From Patescibacteria group bacterium (lineage in GTDB: Bacteria > Patescibacteriota > Patescibacteriia > Patescibacteriales > JBAZCA01): a stretch of DNA of 64,000 nucleotides. The stretch spans positions 137,529 to 201,528 of the forward strand of contig JBAZCA010000002.1 in assembly GCA_041671125.1 (NCBI GenBank), given 5' to 3'. Positions 9,622-17,418 of this stretch are shown one piece after another (position 1 is the stretch's first letter; every line of letters begins with the position of its first letter). The translations under genes were made by a program, and so were the position numbers. Below the pieces are notes generated by a model. The model was not told the DNA's origin. It did no database searches and was given only the letters and a program-made list of their open reading frames with translations.

Positions 9622-10407
9622 ATGCGTAAATACTACATCATCTTCAAAAATTCCATCCAGGCCAACCTGGCTTACCGTTTTAATACGTTCGCTTTTTTAT
9701 TTGCCGAGGCATTCTCTTTTATTATAATGTTTTATCTTTTTTTCTCCATTTACGCCCAAGGGAAAAAAATGGGGAACTATAGCCTCTCCGGCCTGGTAAT
9801 TTATTTCGCCCTGACCAAATTAATCACCGTCACCCTGCTTTACGACAATTTCGGATTTACCGTGAGGGATGAAATAATGGAAGGCCGGATTGTTGAATAT
9901 CTCGTAAAGCCGATCGGCTACATGCTAAAATCCTTTTCCCTTAAAATGGGCAATATAGCTTTCCGCCTTCTGCCTTTTATTGTTTTTTTCGCGCCGTTAT
10001 ACTTTTTTTCCGGCCGGCCGCTTAACCCGGCCTCAGCTTTTTACGTTTTGATATTTTTTTTAATCGGATCTTTAATTAGTTTTTTTATTTTTTACATCGT
10101 CGGCATCGCATCTTTTTTTCTCGGGGAAATAGTCGGGTTTAATTTTCTTTTTCTGAACATCATTTATTTTTTTTCCGGCGGCGCGGTTCCGATTGACCTT
10201 TTTCCCGAAAACATCCGAGCCATCATCAATTTTTTTCCTTTTAAATTAATCGGTTTTGTCCCGGTCTCCATAATTACCGGCAATTACGACCTTGCTTTGG
10301 CTCCGGGAGAAATTTTATCCGGGATAATCTGGGTTTTAATTTTTTACGTTTTGGCGAAAATATTATTCGCGTCGGGCGTTAAGCGGCTTGAAGCTTACGG
10401 CGGCTGA
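9622..10407 (+). CDS. ABC-2 family permease (COG4587/COG3694-like), paralog 1
   Basis: About 6 TM segments. The N-terminus MRKYYIIFKNSIQANLAYRFNTF is shared with the three following paralogs. Conserved G(R/K)(I/L)..YL(V/I)KP(I/V) block. Confidence 0.7.
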   Translation: MRKYYIIFKNSIQANLAYRFNTFAFLFAEAFSFIIMFYLFFSIYAQGKKMGNYSLSGLVIYFALTKLITVTLLYDNFGFTVRDEIMEGRIVEYLVKPIGYMLKSFSLKMGNIAFRLLPFIVFFAPLYFFSGRPLNPASAFYVLIFFLIGSLISFFIFYIVGIASFFLGEIVGFNFLFLNIIYFFSGGAVPIDLFPENIRAIINFFPFKLIGFVPVSIITGNYDLALAPGEILSGIIWVLIFYVLAKILFASGVKRLEAYGG

Positions 10408-10412
10408 AACTT

Positions 10413-11207
10413 ATGCGGAGATACTTTAAAATCTGGAGAATCCACGTCCGGGCGGCTTTTATGCAAAGGATGGCTTACCGCTTTAACTTTTTTTTAATCG
10501 CGATCGCCGTAATAATCCACGCCGGCATAACCGTTATTTTTTTTCGGGTCTTATTCGGATACGTGAATAATATCGCGGGCTGGACCTTTGACCAGTCCAT
10601 GGTTATCGTCGGCTCGTTCCTTCTCGTTGACGGCCTGATCTGGACTACCTGCGCCCAGCTCACCGGAATCCCGAAGCATATAAAACTCGGGACGCTTGAC
10701 GGCCTCATCGTCAAACCCATAAGCACACAATTTCTAGTCAGCGTTTTTCGAGCCGACCCTGAAGACTGGGGCCGGGTCGCGACCGCGCTTTTCCTTCTAA
10801 CCAATAGCGCCATCCGGCTTAACTACGGTTCGGCGGAAATTTTTTCGCGCCTGCCTTTTTATCTTATTGCCATAGCCTGCGCTTGCGTGATAACTTACAG
10901 TATCGTCGCGTTTACGAGATGCCTTTCTTTCTGGTTCGTTGAAGCCGGCGGAACCTGGTATATCTGCGAGAATATCATCCGTTCGGCCGGCTATCCCACG
11001 GATATTTACAGCCATGTTTTTGTCCGCCTGATTTTTTCTACCATTATTCCCCTGGCTTTCATGGCGACCGTGCCGGCAAAAATTTTTATCCGCGGCTTTG
11101 ATTTCTGGCTCATGCTCGCTTCAATCGCCCTGGCCGCCATATTTTTCTACGCCTCCCGGCGATTTTGGAAGTTCGCCCTAAGGCATTATTCTAGCGCCTC
11201 TAGCTAA
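10413..11207 (+). CDS. ABC-2 family permease, paralog 2
   Basis: MRRYFKIWRIHVRAAFMQRMAYRFNFF; KLGTLDGLIVKPIS; multi-TM. Confidence 0.7.
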   Translation: MRRYFKIWRIHVRAAFMQRMAYRFNFFLIAIAVIIHAGITVIFFRVLFGYVNNIAGWTFDQSMVIVGSFLLVDGLIWTTCAQLTGIPKHIKLGTLDGLIVKPISTQFLVSVFRADPEDWGRVATALFLLTNSAIRLNYGSAEIFSRLPFYLIAIACACVITYSIVAFTRCLSFWFVEAGGTWYICENIIRSAGYPTDIYSHVFVRLIFSTIIPLAFMATVPAKIFIRGFDFWLMLASIALAAIFFYASRRFWKFALRHYSSASS

Positions 11208-11211
11208 ATTT

Positions 11212-11291
11212 CCCGTAACTCACAACTCATAACTTTATTTGCCAGTCTAAAAGTTAATTTGAGTTATGAGTTATGAGTTACGGGTTGTGAG
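11212..11291 (+). repeat. Imperfect palindrome of GTAACTCA/CATAACT words between permease genes
   Basis: CCCGTAACTCACAACTCATAAC pairs with GTTATGAGTTATGAGTTACGGG (one mismatch over 22 nt). Confidence 0.65.
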
Positions 11292-11293
11292 AT

Positions 11294-12091
11294 ATGCGTA
11301 AATACCTTACCATCGCCAAAAACAAAACCCAGGCCGAGTTCTCGCACCGGGCTAACGTCTTCGCCTATATCGGCGGCAACATGCTGGATTTATTCGTGCA
11401 GGTCGTTATCTGGACGGCGATTTTCAGTTCGGTTTCCGCGGTCGGCGGTTATACGAAAAACGAAATGATCACTTACGTTGTCGTCGGCTGGATTTTCATG
11501 TACCTCTCAACCAACTACGGCTATGAAGAATACATAAAAAAGGACGTCCACGAAGGCAAACTTTCAAACTATCTCATCAAGCCGGTTAATTACTTAAGTT
11601 ATATTTCTTTCCATTCAATCGGCCGGCTTCTTTTCGCTTTCTCTATTATCCTTCTTCAGGCTTTATTCTTTATTTTATTTTTTCGCGAGACGCTTATTTT
11701 CAGCCTGAATCCGGCCGGAGTGATAATTTTTATCTTGATGTTTATTTTTTCCTACGCCATAAAATTTTCCATCTCGGTTATTATCGGTTTTATGTCATTC
11801 TGGGCTTCTGACGTATCAGGCCTTTATTTCGCCTTAAATATCTTAAACCGTTTTTTATCCGGCGCTTTTTTTCCTATCGCTTTTCTTCCGCCCCTGGCCG
11901 CGAAGTTAAGTTATTTTTTTCCGTTCACTTACACCTATTTCCTTCCAATCCAGTTTTATCTCGGAAAAAACTCTTTGGCCGACGGAGCGTTGATATTAGC
12001 CGGCCAGGCGTTATGGATTATTATTTTGTACATAATTATAAAATTCGTCTGGAAAAAAGGAATATATAAATATGAAGGCACGGGAATATAA
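11294..12091 (+). CDS. ABC-2 family permease, paralog 3
   Basis: MRKYLTIAKNKTQAEFSHRANVF; HEGKLSNYLIKPVNYL; clearly paralogous to 12157-12954. Confidence 0.7.
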   Translation: MRKYLTIAKNKTQAEFSHRANVFAYIGGNMLDLFVQVVIWTAIFSSVSAVGGYTKNEMITYVVVGWIFMYLSTNYGYEEYIKKDVHEGKLSNYLIKPVNYLSYISFHSIGRLLFAFSIILLQALFFILFFRETLIFSLNPAGVIIFILMFIFSYAIKFSISVIIGFMSFWASDVSGLYFALNILNRFLSGAFFPIAFLPPLAAKLSYFFPFTYTYFLPIQFYLGKNSLADGALILAGQALWIIILYIIIKFVWKKGIYKYEGTGI

Positions 12092-12098
12092 AGAACTA

Positions 12099-12159
12099 CG
12101 TAACATGGAACACATAACACATAACATTTTTTGTTCCATGTTCCATGTTATATGTTATG
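12099..12159 (+). repeat. Imperfect palindrome of CATAAC/CATGGAAC words, right arm overlapping the next start codon
   Basis: AACATGGAAC...GTTCCATGTT 10-bp stem plus CATAACA/TGTTATG register variants. Confidence 0.6.
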
Positions 12160-12954
12160 AAAAAATACCTCGCTATCACCAAAATTGAAATGTCGCGCCA
12201 GCTTACGCACCGCTTTAACGTCTTAAGCTACCGGGTCGGAAACCTGATTGAAGTCCTGATCCCGCTTATAATCTGGACCGTCGCTTTCCGCTCCGCTGAC
12301 GTGATCAAAGGCTACACTTACGATGAAATGGTCACCTACGTCGTTGTCGGCTGGCTTATACTTTACCTTACCGCGAGCTACGGCTTTGAAAGGGTACTCG
12401 CGCTTTTAATTTACGATGGCACGCTTTCGCAGTTCATAACCAAGCCGATCAGTTTTCTTCGCTACGCTTTTACCCTTGGATTCAGCCGCTCGCTCTTAGC
12501 AATTCTTCTTTCGCTCGCCATCCAGGCCGGAGTGATATTCATCGCCCGGGACCATATTGTCTTCCGGGCCGGACTCCTTGATGCCCTGATTCTGATATTA
12601 ATGGTCGCCATGGCCGTTGTCATCCGGCTTTTTTATTCCATTTTAATCAGCCTCGCCGCTTTTTGGACTGACGAAATTTCGGGCGCCGACTTTACCGCCT
12701 CGTCCATTATTAAATTCTTTTCCGGCGCTTTTTTTCCAATCAATCTTCTGCCGGCCTTTTTCATGAACTTTTCTTTAGCCACGCCGTTCATTTATACCTA
12801 TTATTTTCCGGTTCAGATTGTTCTTGGCAAAGTAAGCGCCCGCCAGGCCGCGGAGGGCCTTATCGCCGAGCTATTATGGATTTTTATTATGTATGCTATC
12901 ATAAAAATAGTCTGGCGCGCGGGACTGAAAAAATATGAAAGCGTGGGAATTTAA
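12157..12954 (+). CDS. ABC-2 family permease, paralog 4
   Basis: MKKYLAITKIEMSRQLTHRFNVL; YDGTLSQFITKPISFL. Start moved to 12157 to match the paralog N-termini. Confidence 0.7.
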   Translation: MKKYLAITKIEMSRQLTHRFNVLSYRVGNLIEVLIPLIIWTVAFRSADVIKGYTYDEMVTYVVVGWLILYLTASYGFERVLALLIYDGTLSQFITKPISFLRYAFTLGFSRSLLAILLSLAIQAGVIFIARDHIVFRAGLLDALILILMVAMAVVIRLFYSILISLAAFWTDEISGADFTASSIIKFFSGAFFPINLLPAFFMNFSLATPFIYTYYFPVQIVLGKVSARQAAEGLIAELLWIFIMYAIIKIVWRAGLKKYESVGI

Positions 12955-13017
12955 TTAATGCAAAATGTAAATATCAAAATGTAAAATGACAAATCAAAAT
13001 TTTAAAATTATTTTGTC

Positions 13018-13095
13018 GTCATCCTGAGCGTAGCGAAGGATCCCGTGAATAGAGCTATTACCACGAGATTCTTCGGCCTTCGGCCTCAGAATGAC
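13018..13095. repeat. Miniature inverted-repeat element, short form (78 bp), GTCATCCTGAG...CTCAGAATGAC family
   Basis: GTCATCCTGAGCGTAGCGAAGGATCCCGTGAATAgagctattACCACGAGATTCTTCGGCCTTCGGCCTCAGAATGAC. Confidence 0.85.
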
Positions 13096-13129
13096 GAATT
13101 ATTTTTGATTTTTTCATTTTTAATTACTT

Positions 13130-14119
13130 ATGCCGATTATTTCCGTAAAAAATCTCAGTAAAACCTACGAGTACTATAAAAAAAGCCCGGGTCTTTGGGC
13201 CTCGGTTAAGGGCTTGTTCGCGCGGGAAAAACTTTTTACCAAAGCGGTAAAAGATATTAGTTTTACGATTGACGAAGGCGAGCTGGTCGGGTTTTTAGGC
13301 CCCAACGGGGCGGGGAAGACAACGACCCTAAAAATGCTCTCGGGAATTTTGTATCCTACTTCTGGCGAGGCGGGCGTCATGGGTCATACGCCCTGGAAAC
13401 GCGAAAAAGAATACCAAAAACAATTCGCCCTGGTCATGGGCCAGAAAAACCAGCTTTGGTGGGATTTGCCGGCCATGGAAAGTTTTATTTTAAACAAGGA
13501 AATTTACGAGGTATCAGACAAAGATTTTAAATACAACCTTGACGAACTGATTGAGCTTTTAGGCATAAAAGACATCCTGGACATCCAGGTCAGAAAACTT
13601 AGCTTAGGCCAGAGAATGAAGTGCGAGCTTACGGCCGCGCTTTTACATAAGCCCCGCGTTTTATACCTTGACGAACCAACCATCGGGCTGGACGTAATAG
13701 CTCAGAAAAATATCCGCGACTTCATAAAAAAGTACAACCGGGAAAATAAAACTACAATCATGCTAACGTCCCATTACATGGAAGATATAAAAGAGCTCTG
13801 CGGCCGGGTAATCATCATTGACCGGGGAACGATAGTTTACGACGGCGGGCTTGATTCGCTGATTACTAAATACGCGCCCTACAAGGAATTAAATATCACC
13901 TTTAACGGCGAAGGTGTAAAAAGGGAAGTAATAAAAAAATTCGGCCAGGTGGCAAAATACGAGCCGTACGCCGTTACCCTTAAAGTGGACCGGGAAAAGG
14001 TAAAAGACGCAGCGCAAAAAATTCTAGCTTCCGACCTGCCGGTGGACGATATTATGATTGACGAGGTTGACGTTGACGACGTGATAAGGCGGATGTTTGG
14101 CCAAAAATATAACACGTAA
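13130..14119 (+). CDS. ABC transporter ATP-binding protein (COG4586-like) with C-terminal extension
   Basis: Walker A GPNGAGKTT, signature LSLGQRMK, Walker B VLYLDEPTIGLD, H-loop TSHYM. Confidence 0.9.
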   Translation: MPIISVKNLSKTYEYYKKSPGLWASVKGLFAREKLFTKAVKDISFTIDEGELVGFLGPNGAGKTTTLKMLSGILYPTSGEAGVMGHTPWKREKEYQKQFALVMGQKNQLWWDLPAMESFILNKEIYEVSDKDFKYNLDELIELLGIKDILDIQVRKLSLGQRMKCELTAALLHKPRVLYLDEPTIGLDVIAQKNIRDFIKKYNRENKTTIMLTSHYMEDIKELCGRVIIIDRGTIVYDGGLDSLITKYAPYKELNITFNGEGVKREVIKKFGQVAKYEPYAVTLKVDREKVKDAAQKILASDLPVDDIMIDEVDVDDVIRRMFGQKYNT

Positions 14120-14142
14120 TATGTAACATAAAACAAATTCTT

Positions 14143-14265
14143 ATGTACTATACCAAGGGCTTTCCGGCCGGGAAAGCTTATGTCCTTGAAATAAACGCCG
14201 GATTTTTAAAAACCAATAATCTCAAAATCAATGACATCGCTAAAATCAATCTTCGCCGCTAATAA
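14143..14265 (+). pseudogene. Possible C-terminal remnant of a DUF192 (COG1430) gene
   Basis: A 40-codon ORF, MYYTKGFPAGKAYVLEINAGFLKTNNLKINDIAKINL, resembles the conserved DUF192 C-terminus (..YVLE..aG....gi..Gd.i). The frame closes just upstream, and the ORF overlaps the next gene's start. Confidence 0.3.
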
Positions 14266-15820
14266 AATCGCCGCCATTCTCATTTTAATTTTCTTGGCCG
14301 AATATTTTTCCTTGGCCTGCTACTTTATTTCGGTTTTGGAACCATTTTTTTTCGGCCTCATTATTATCCTCGCGCTGGCGTTATCGGTAAAAAATTTAAG
14401 GCTGGGAATTTTTATACTGCTCACCGAGCTTTTCATCGGTTCCAAAGGCTATCTATTCTTCTTTGATTTTGGAGAAAAAACCGTTTCCATCCGCATCGCC
14501 CTCTTTGGCGCCGTCATGGCAGTCTGGTTTTTTAAAAAAATCATCGGACTAATAAAAGAGAAAAAAATAACGCTTAATCTTCCGACCTTTAGAGAAAATG
14601 CTGATTTGCTCATCTTCTTCGCCCTCATCGCCATGGGCTTCTTAAACGGCCTTTATAACCGAAACGGAGCCGGGAATATTTTTTACGATTTTAACGGCTG
14701 GCTTTATTTTCTAATCGCCCTGCCGCTTCTTGATACGCTGAAAAAAACCGATTTAAAAATTATCAGGAACATTTTTATCGCGTCCGTTGCTTTTATCGGC
14801 CTAAAAACCCTGATTTTTCTTTATATCTTTTCCCATTTTTCCGCCTGGGACGTTTATCCTTATTACCGCTGGCTCCGCGATACCGGAGTCGGGGAGATTA
14901 CCCTGATGCCGAACGGATTTTACCGGATTTTTTTCCAGTCGCAGATTTTCGCTTTGGCCGGAATCTTTATCTTCTTAACTTCACTCCTGCCAAAATTGAA
15001 TTCCATAACCGAAAAAAGCGCGAGCATCCTTTTAAACCTGAAGCTTTTTATAAAAGAAAACTATCTTCTGTTATCCACTGTCTGCTGTCTTTTGTCTTCC
15101 GTCCTAATCTCTTTTTCCCGAAGCTATTTTGTCGGCTTAGCGGTCGGAATCGCGTTAATCATCTTCCTGGCCGTTTTTTCTTACGATTGGAAAATGTTTT
15201 TTAAAACCCTGTCCGCGCTCGCGCTAATCGGAGCCGGAAGCCTTATTATTGTTTTGCTGGTCGCCAAATTTCCTTTTCCGAGGGTTACGGCTAAATTCAG
15301 CGCCTCGTCCTTAGCCGACCGGGCCACCGAGCTTTCCGGGGAAGCCGGCGCCAGTTCGCGCTGGGCACTTCTTCCTCCACTTTGGAAAGAAATAAAATCC
15401 TCGCCAATTTTTGGTAAAGGGTTCGGCGCTACGGTTACTTATAAGTCAGGCGATCCGCGAGTGCTTCTAACCTCGCCGGACGGGGCTTATACGACTTACG
15501 CTTTTGAATGGGGCTGGCTGGATATCTGGCTTAAAATCGGCCTTCTTGGCCTTTTAGCCTATATAATTCTCATCCTTAGAGTTTCGCTTCAGGCCTTTCG
15601 TTCGCTCAAAAGCCCGGCCAAGGCTTATGAAAAATATAAATACCAAAACGCCGGAATTATCATCGGGCTTTTATTAATTTGCGCCGTCAGTGTCTTTTCT
15701 CCTTACATGAACCACCCTTTAGGCATCGGCTATTTAATCCTCGCGCTGGTTTTCACCCATCTTAGCCAGAAAGATAATAAAGTCCAAGATGAAAGAGAAC
15801 AAAATTTGCATATTTCATGA
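14231..15820 (+). CDS. O-antigen ligase/polymerase-like (Wzy_C) polytopic membrane protein
   Basis: More than 10 predicted TM helices. Central SRSYFVGLAVGIAL plus a large loop followed by GKGFG..., typical of O-antigen ligase family proteins. Confidence 0.6.
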   Translation: MTSLKSIFAANKIAAILILIFLAEYFSLACYFISVLEPFFFGLIIILALALSVKNLRLGIFILLTELFIGSKGYLFFFDFGEKTVSIRIALFGAVMAVWFFKKIIGLIKEKKITLNLPTFRENADLLIFFALIAMGFLNGLYNRNGAGNIFYDFNGWLYFLIALPLLDTLKKTDLKIIRNIFIASVAFIGLKTLIFLYIFSHFSAWDVYPYYRWLRDTGVGEITLMPNGFYRIFFQSQIFALAGIFIFLTSLLPKLNSITEKSASILLNLKLFIKENYLLLSTVCCLLSSVLISFSRSYFVGLAVGIALIIFLAVFSYDWKMFFKTLSALALIGAGSLIIVLLVAKFPFPRVTAKFSASSLADRATELSGEAGASSRWALLPPLWKEIKSSPIFGKGFGATVTYKSGDPRVLLTSPDGAYTTYAFEWGWLDIWLKIGLLGLLAYIILILRVSLQAFRSLKSPAKAYEKYKYQNAGIIIGLLLICAVSVFSPYMNHPLGIGYLILALVFTHLSQKDNKVQDEREQNLHIS

Positions 15821-15856
15821 TTTCGTTGTATATTACACTAAACTTATAATATTCGC

Positions 15857-15938
15857 TTAACGTGGAACGCATAACGCGTAACGATTTTCTTCTAAACGGT
15901 TTAATTCGTTACGCGTTCCACGTTACGCGTTATGCGTA
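15857..15938 (+). repeat. Imperfect palindrome of AACGCGTAACG/GGAACG words upstream of greA
   Basis: AACGTGGAACGC(ATAA)CGCGTAACGA pairs with TCGTTACGCGTTCCACGTT. Confidence 0.65.
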
Positions 15939-15942
15939 AATT

Positions 15943-16401
15943 ATGTCTGACCAAATTATTACTCCCGAAGGCTATAATAAGCTTAAACAGGAGCTTAACA
16001 ACCTCGTTAACGTCCGGCGGCGCGAGATTGCCGAGCGGATTGAAAAAGCCAAAGAGCTCGGAGACCTATCTGAAAACGCCGAATACACCGACGCGAAGGA
16101 AGCCCAGGCTTTTAACGAAGGCCGGATCCAGGAAATCCAGTCCATCCTGAAAAATTATACCGTCGTCGCTAACGGCGGCCAAAAGGGAATTGTGAGCATG
16201 GGTTCGCGAGTCACGGTAAAAGTTGAAGGCAAAACCAAAATTTATTCCATAGTATCATTTAACGAAGTTGATCCGGCTGAAGGAAAAATTTCCAACGAGT
16301 CGCCCCTGGGACACGCGTTTTTAGGCCACAAAAAAGGCGACCGAATAAAGGTAGAAACGCCGAGAGGGGAGACTGAATACGAGATTGTGAAGATTGAATA
16401 G
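15943..16401 (+). CDS. greA: Transcription elongation factor GreA
   Basis: ITPEGYNKLKQEL...RREIAERIEKAKELGDLSENAEYTDAKEAQAFNEGRIQEI plus the C-terminal FKBP-like domain. Confidence 0.9.
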   Translation: MSDQIITPEGYNKLKQELNNLVNVRRREIAERIEKAKELGDLSENAEYTDAKEAQAFNEGRIQEIQSILKNYTVVANGGQKGIVSMGSRVTVKVEGKTKIYSIVSFNEVDPAEGKISNESPLGHAFLGHKKGDRIKVETPRGETEYEIVKIE

Positions 16402-16412
16402 ACTCCCTATCT

Positions 16413-16556
16413 GTCATCCTGAGGCCGATTAGGCCGAAGGATCTAATAATGGATGAGGGTGTTATAATTATCACATCCGTAGATCCCCGCCCGACTGAAC
16501 GTCGTTCGGGCGAGGTCGGTTCGGGCGGGCTTCCTCCCTGCGGTCGTCAGGATGAC
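16413..16556. repeat. Inverted-repeat element, long form (144 bp), same family
   Basis: GTCATCCTGAGGCCGATTAGGCCGAAGGATC...GATCCCCGCCCGACTGAACGTCGTTCGGGC...CTGCGGTCGTCAGGATGAC. Confidence 0.85.
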
Positions 16557-16623
16557 AAAAAACAGTTTTGTCCTTTTAAATTGCCGGCAGTTAAAAGTTC
16601 TTTAGACGGTTTTGCTGATATTT

Positions 16624-16758
16624 GTCATTCCCATCCCGTGTCAACGCACGGGATAAACTTCAACGGGAATCCAAGATTATAACGCTGGGATGTGGTTTGC
16701 TAGATTACAAGCATTATCATCTCCTAACCCTGGATTCCGGCTCGCTGGCCGGAATGAC
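16624..16758. repeat. Inverted-repeat element, diverged GTCATTCC...GGAATGAC subfamily (135 bp)
   Basis: GTCATTCCCATCCCGTGTCAACGCACGGGATA...GGGAATCC ... GGATTCCGGCTCGCTGGCCGGAATGAC. Confidence 0.7.
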
Positions 16759-16826
16759 AAAATAATTTATCCTCAAAATTGTCTGAGGAACTTTTTAAAA
16801 AAACATTTTTACCCGGAAAGGGGGTG

Positions 16827-17111
16827 ATGGAAATGACGGCGAAGTGGATTTTGGCGGCTGTTCTGGCCGCCTTTGCTTTTTTAGCAGTCGCCTTTACTCT
16901 CTACGGAGAGTGGAGGCGTCGGCGGGGAGCGACCCCGCCGGCGGAGCTGGAAAGATGGCGAGAGGGCAACCGGGCAGCCCTCGACGCCCTGGGCGAGAAG
17001 CAGAGGGTTAAAGAAAAAACCCTTTGCGAAATCGCCTTCGGCGAGCTCCAAAAGGAACTCGCCGAACCAGCTCAGGGGCAAGGCCGTCCTCAGAGGACGG
17101 CCAGACAATGA
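16827..17111 (+). CDS. GC-rich orphan single-pass membrane protein
   Basis: AAGGGGG Shine-Dalgarno-like site before ATG 16827. TM helix WILAAVLAAFAFLAVAFTLY followed by a charged Arg/Glu-rich tail. Codon usage is visibly GC-rich compared with neighbours. It has its own terminator. Confidence 0.5.
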   Translation: MEMTAKWILAAVLAAFAFLAVAFTLYGEWRRRRGATPPAELERWREGNRAALDALGEKQRVKEKTLCEIAFGELQKELAEPAQGQGRPQRTARQ

Positions 17112-17148
17112 CGCCAATAACCCGCGCGCGGTTGAGCGCGCCAACAAC

Positions 17149-17182
17149 CCGGCCTATTTTCCACCACAGGCCGGTTTTTTTT
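17149..17182 (+). terminator. Rho-independent terminator
   Basis: CCGGCCT / AGGCCGG stem followed by T8. Confidence 0.75.
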
Positions 17183-17236
17183 GACTTTTGGGGTAAAATG
17201 GGGTAAGTTTAGAGTAGTTATTTTGAATTACAAAAC

Positions 17237-17314
17237 GTCATCCTGAGCGAAGCGAAGGATCTCGTGTTTAGCGGAAATACCACGGGATTCTTCGGCTTTC
17301 GGCCTCAGAATGAC
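17237..17314. repeat. Miniature inverted-repeat element, short form (78 bp)
   Basis: GTCATCCTGAGCGAAGCGAAGGATCTCGTG...CACGGGATTCTTCGGCTTTCGGCCTCAGAATGAC, nested between GAATTACAAAAC and GTTTTGTAATT. Confidence 0.85.
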
Positions 17315-17418
17315 GGAGTAAAAAAGATGTTTTGTAATTTAAAGTAGTCAGACATTCACTTTTTATGATCTGTTTATTATTTACTGTTTACTATTGTCTA
17401 TTTACTTTTTACTAACTT

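Noticed and set aside
13007-13106. Apparent 9-10 bp direct repeat (AATTATTTT) flanking the 13018 element as a target-site duplication
   Set aside because: No comparable flanking duplication is visible at the other nine copies. The flanks here belong to an AT-rich word-palindrome, so the similarity is probably incidental.
16449-16682. 77-aa + strand ORF between greA and the GC-rich gene
   Set aside because: It is simply the translation of two adjacent inverted-repeat elements (16413-16556 and 16624-16758). It has no SD, and its amino-acid content mirrors the repeat arms.
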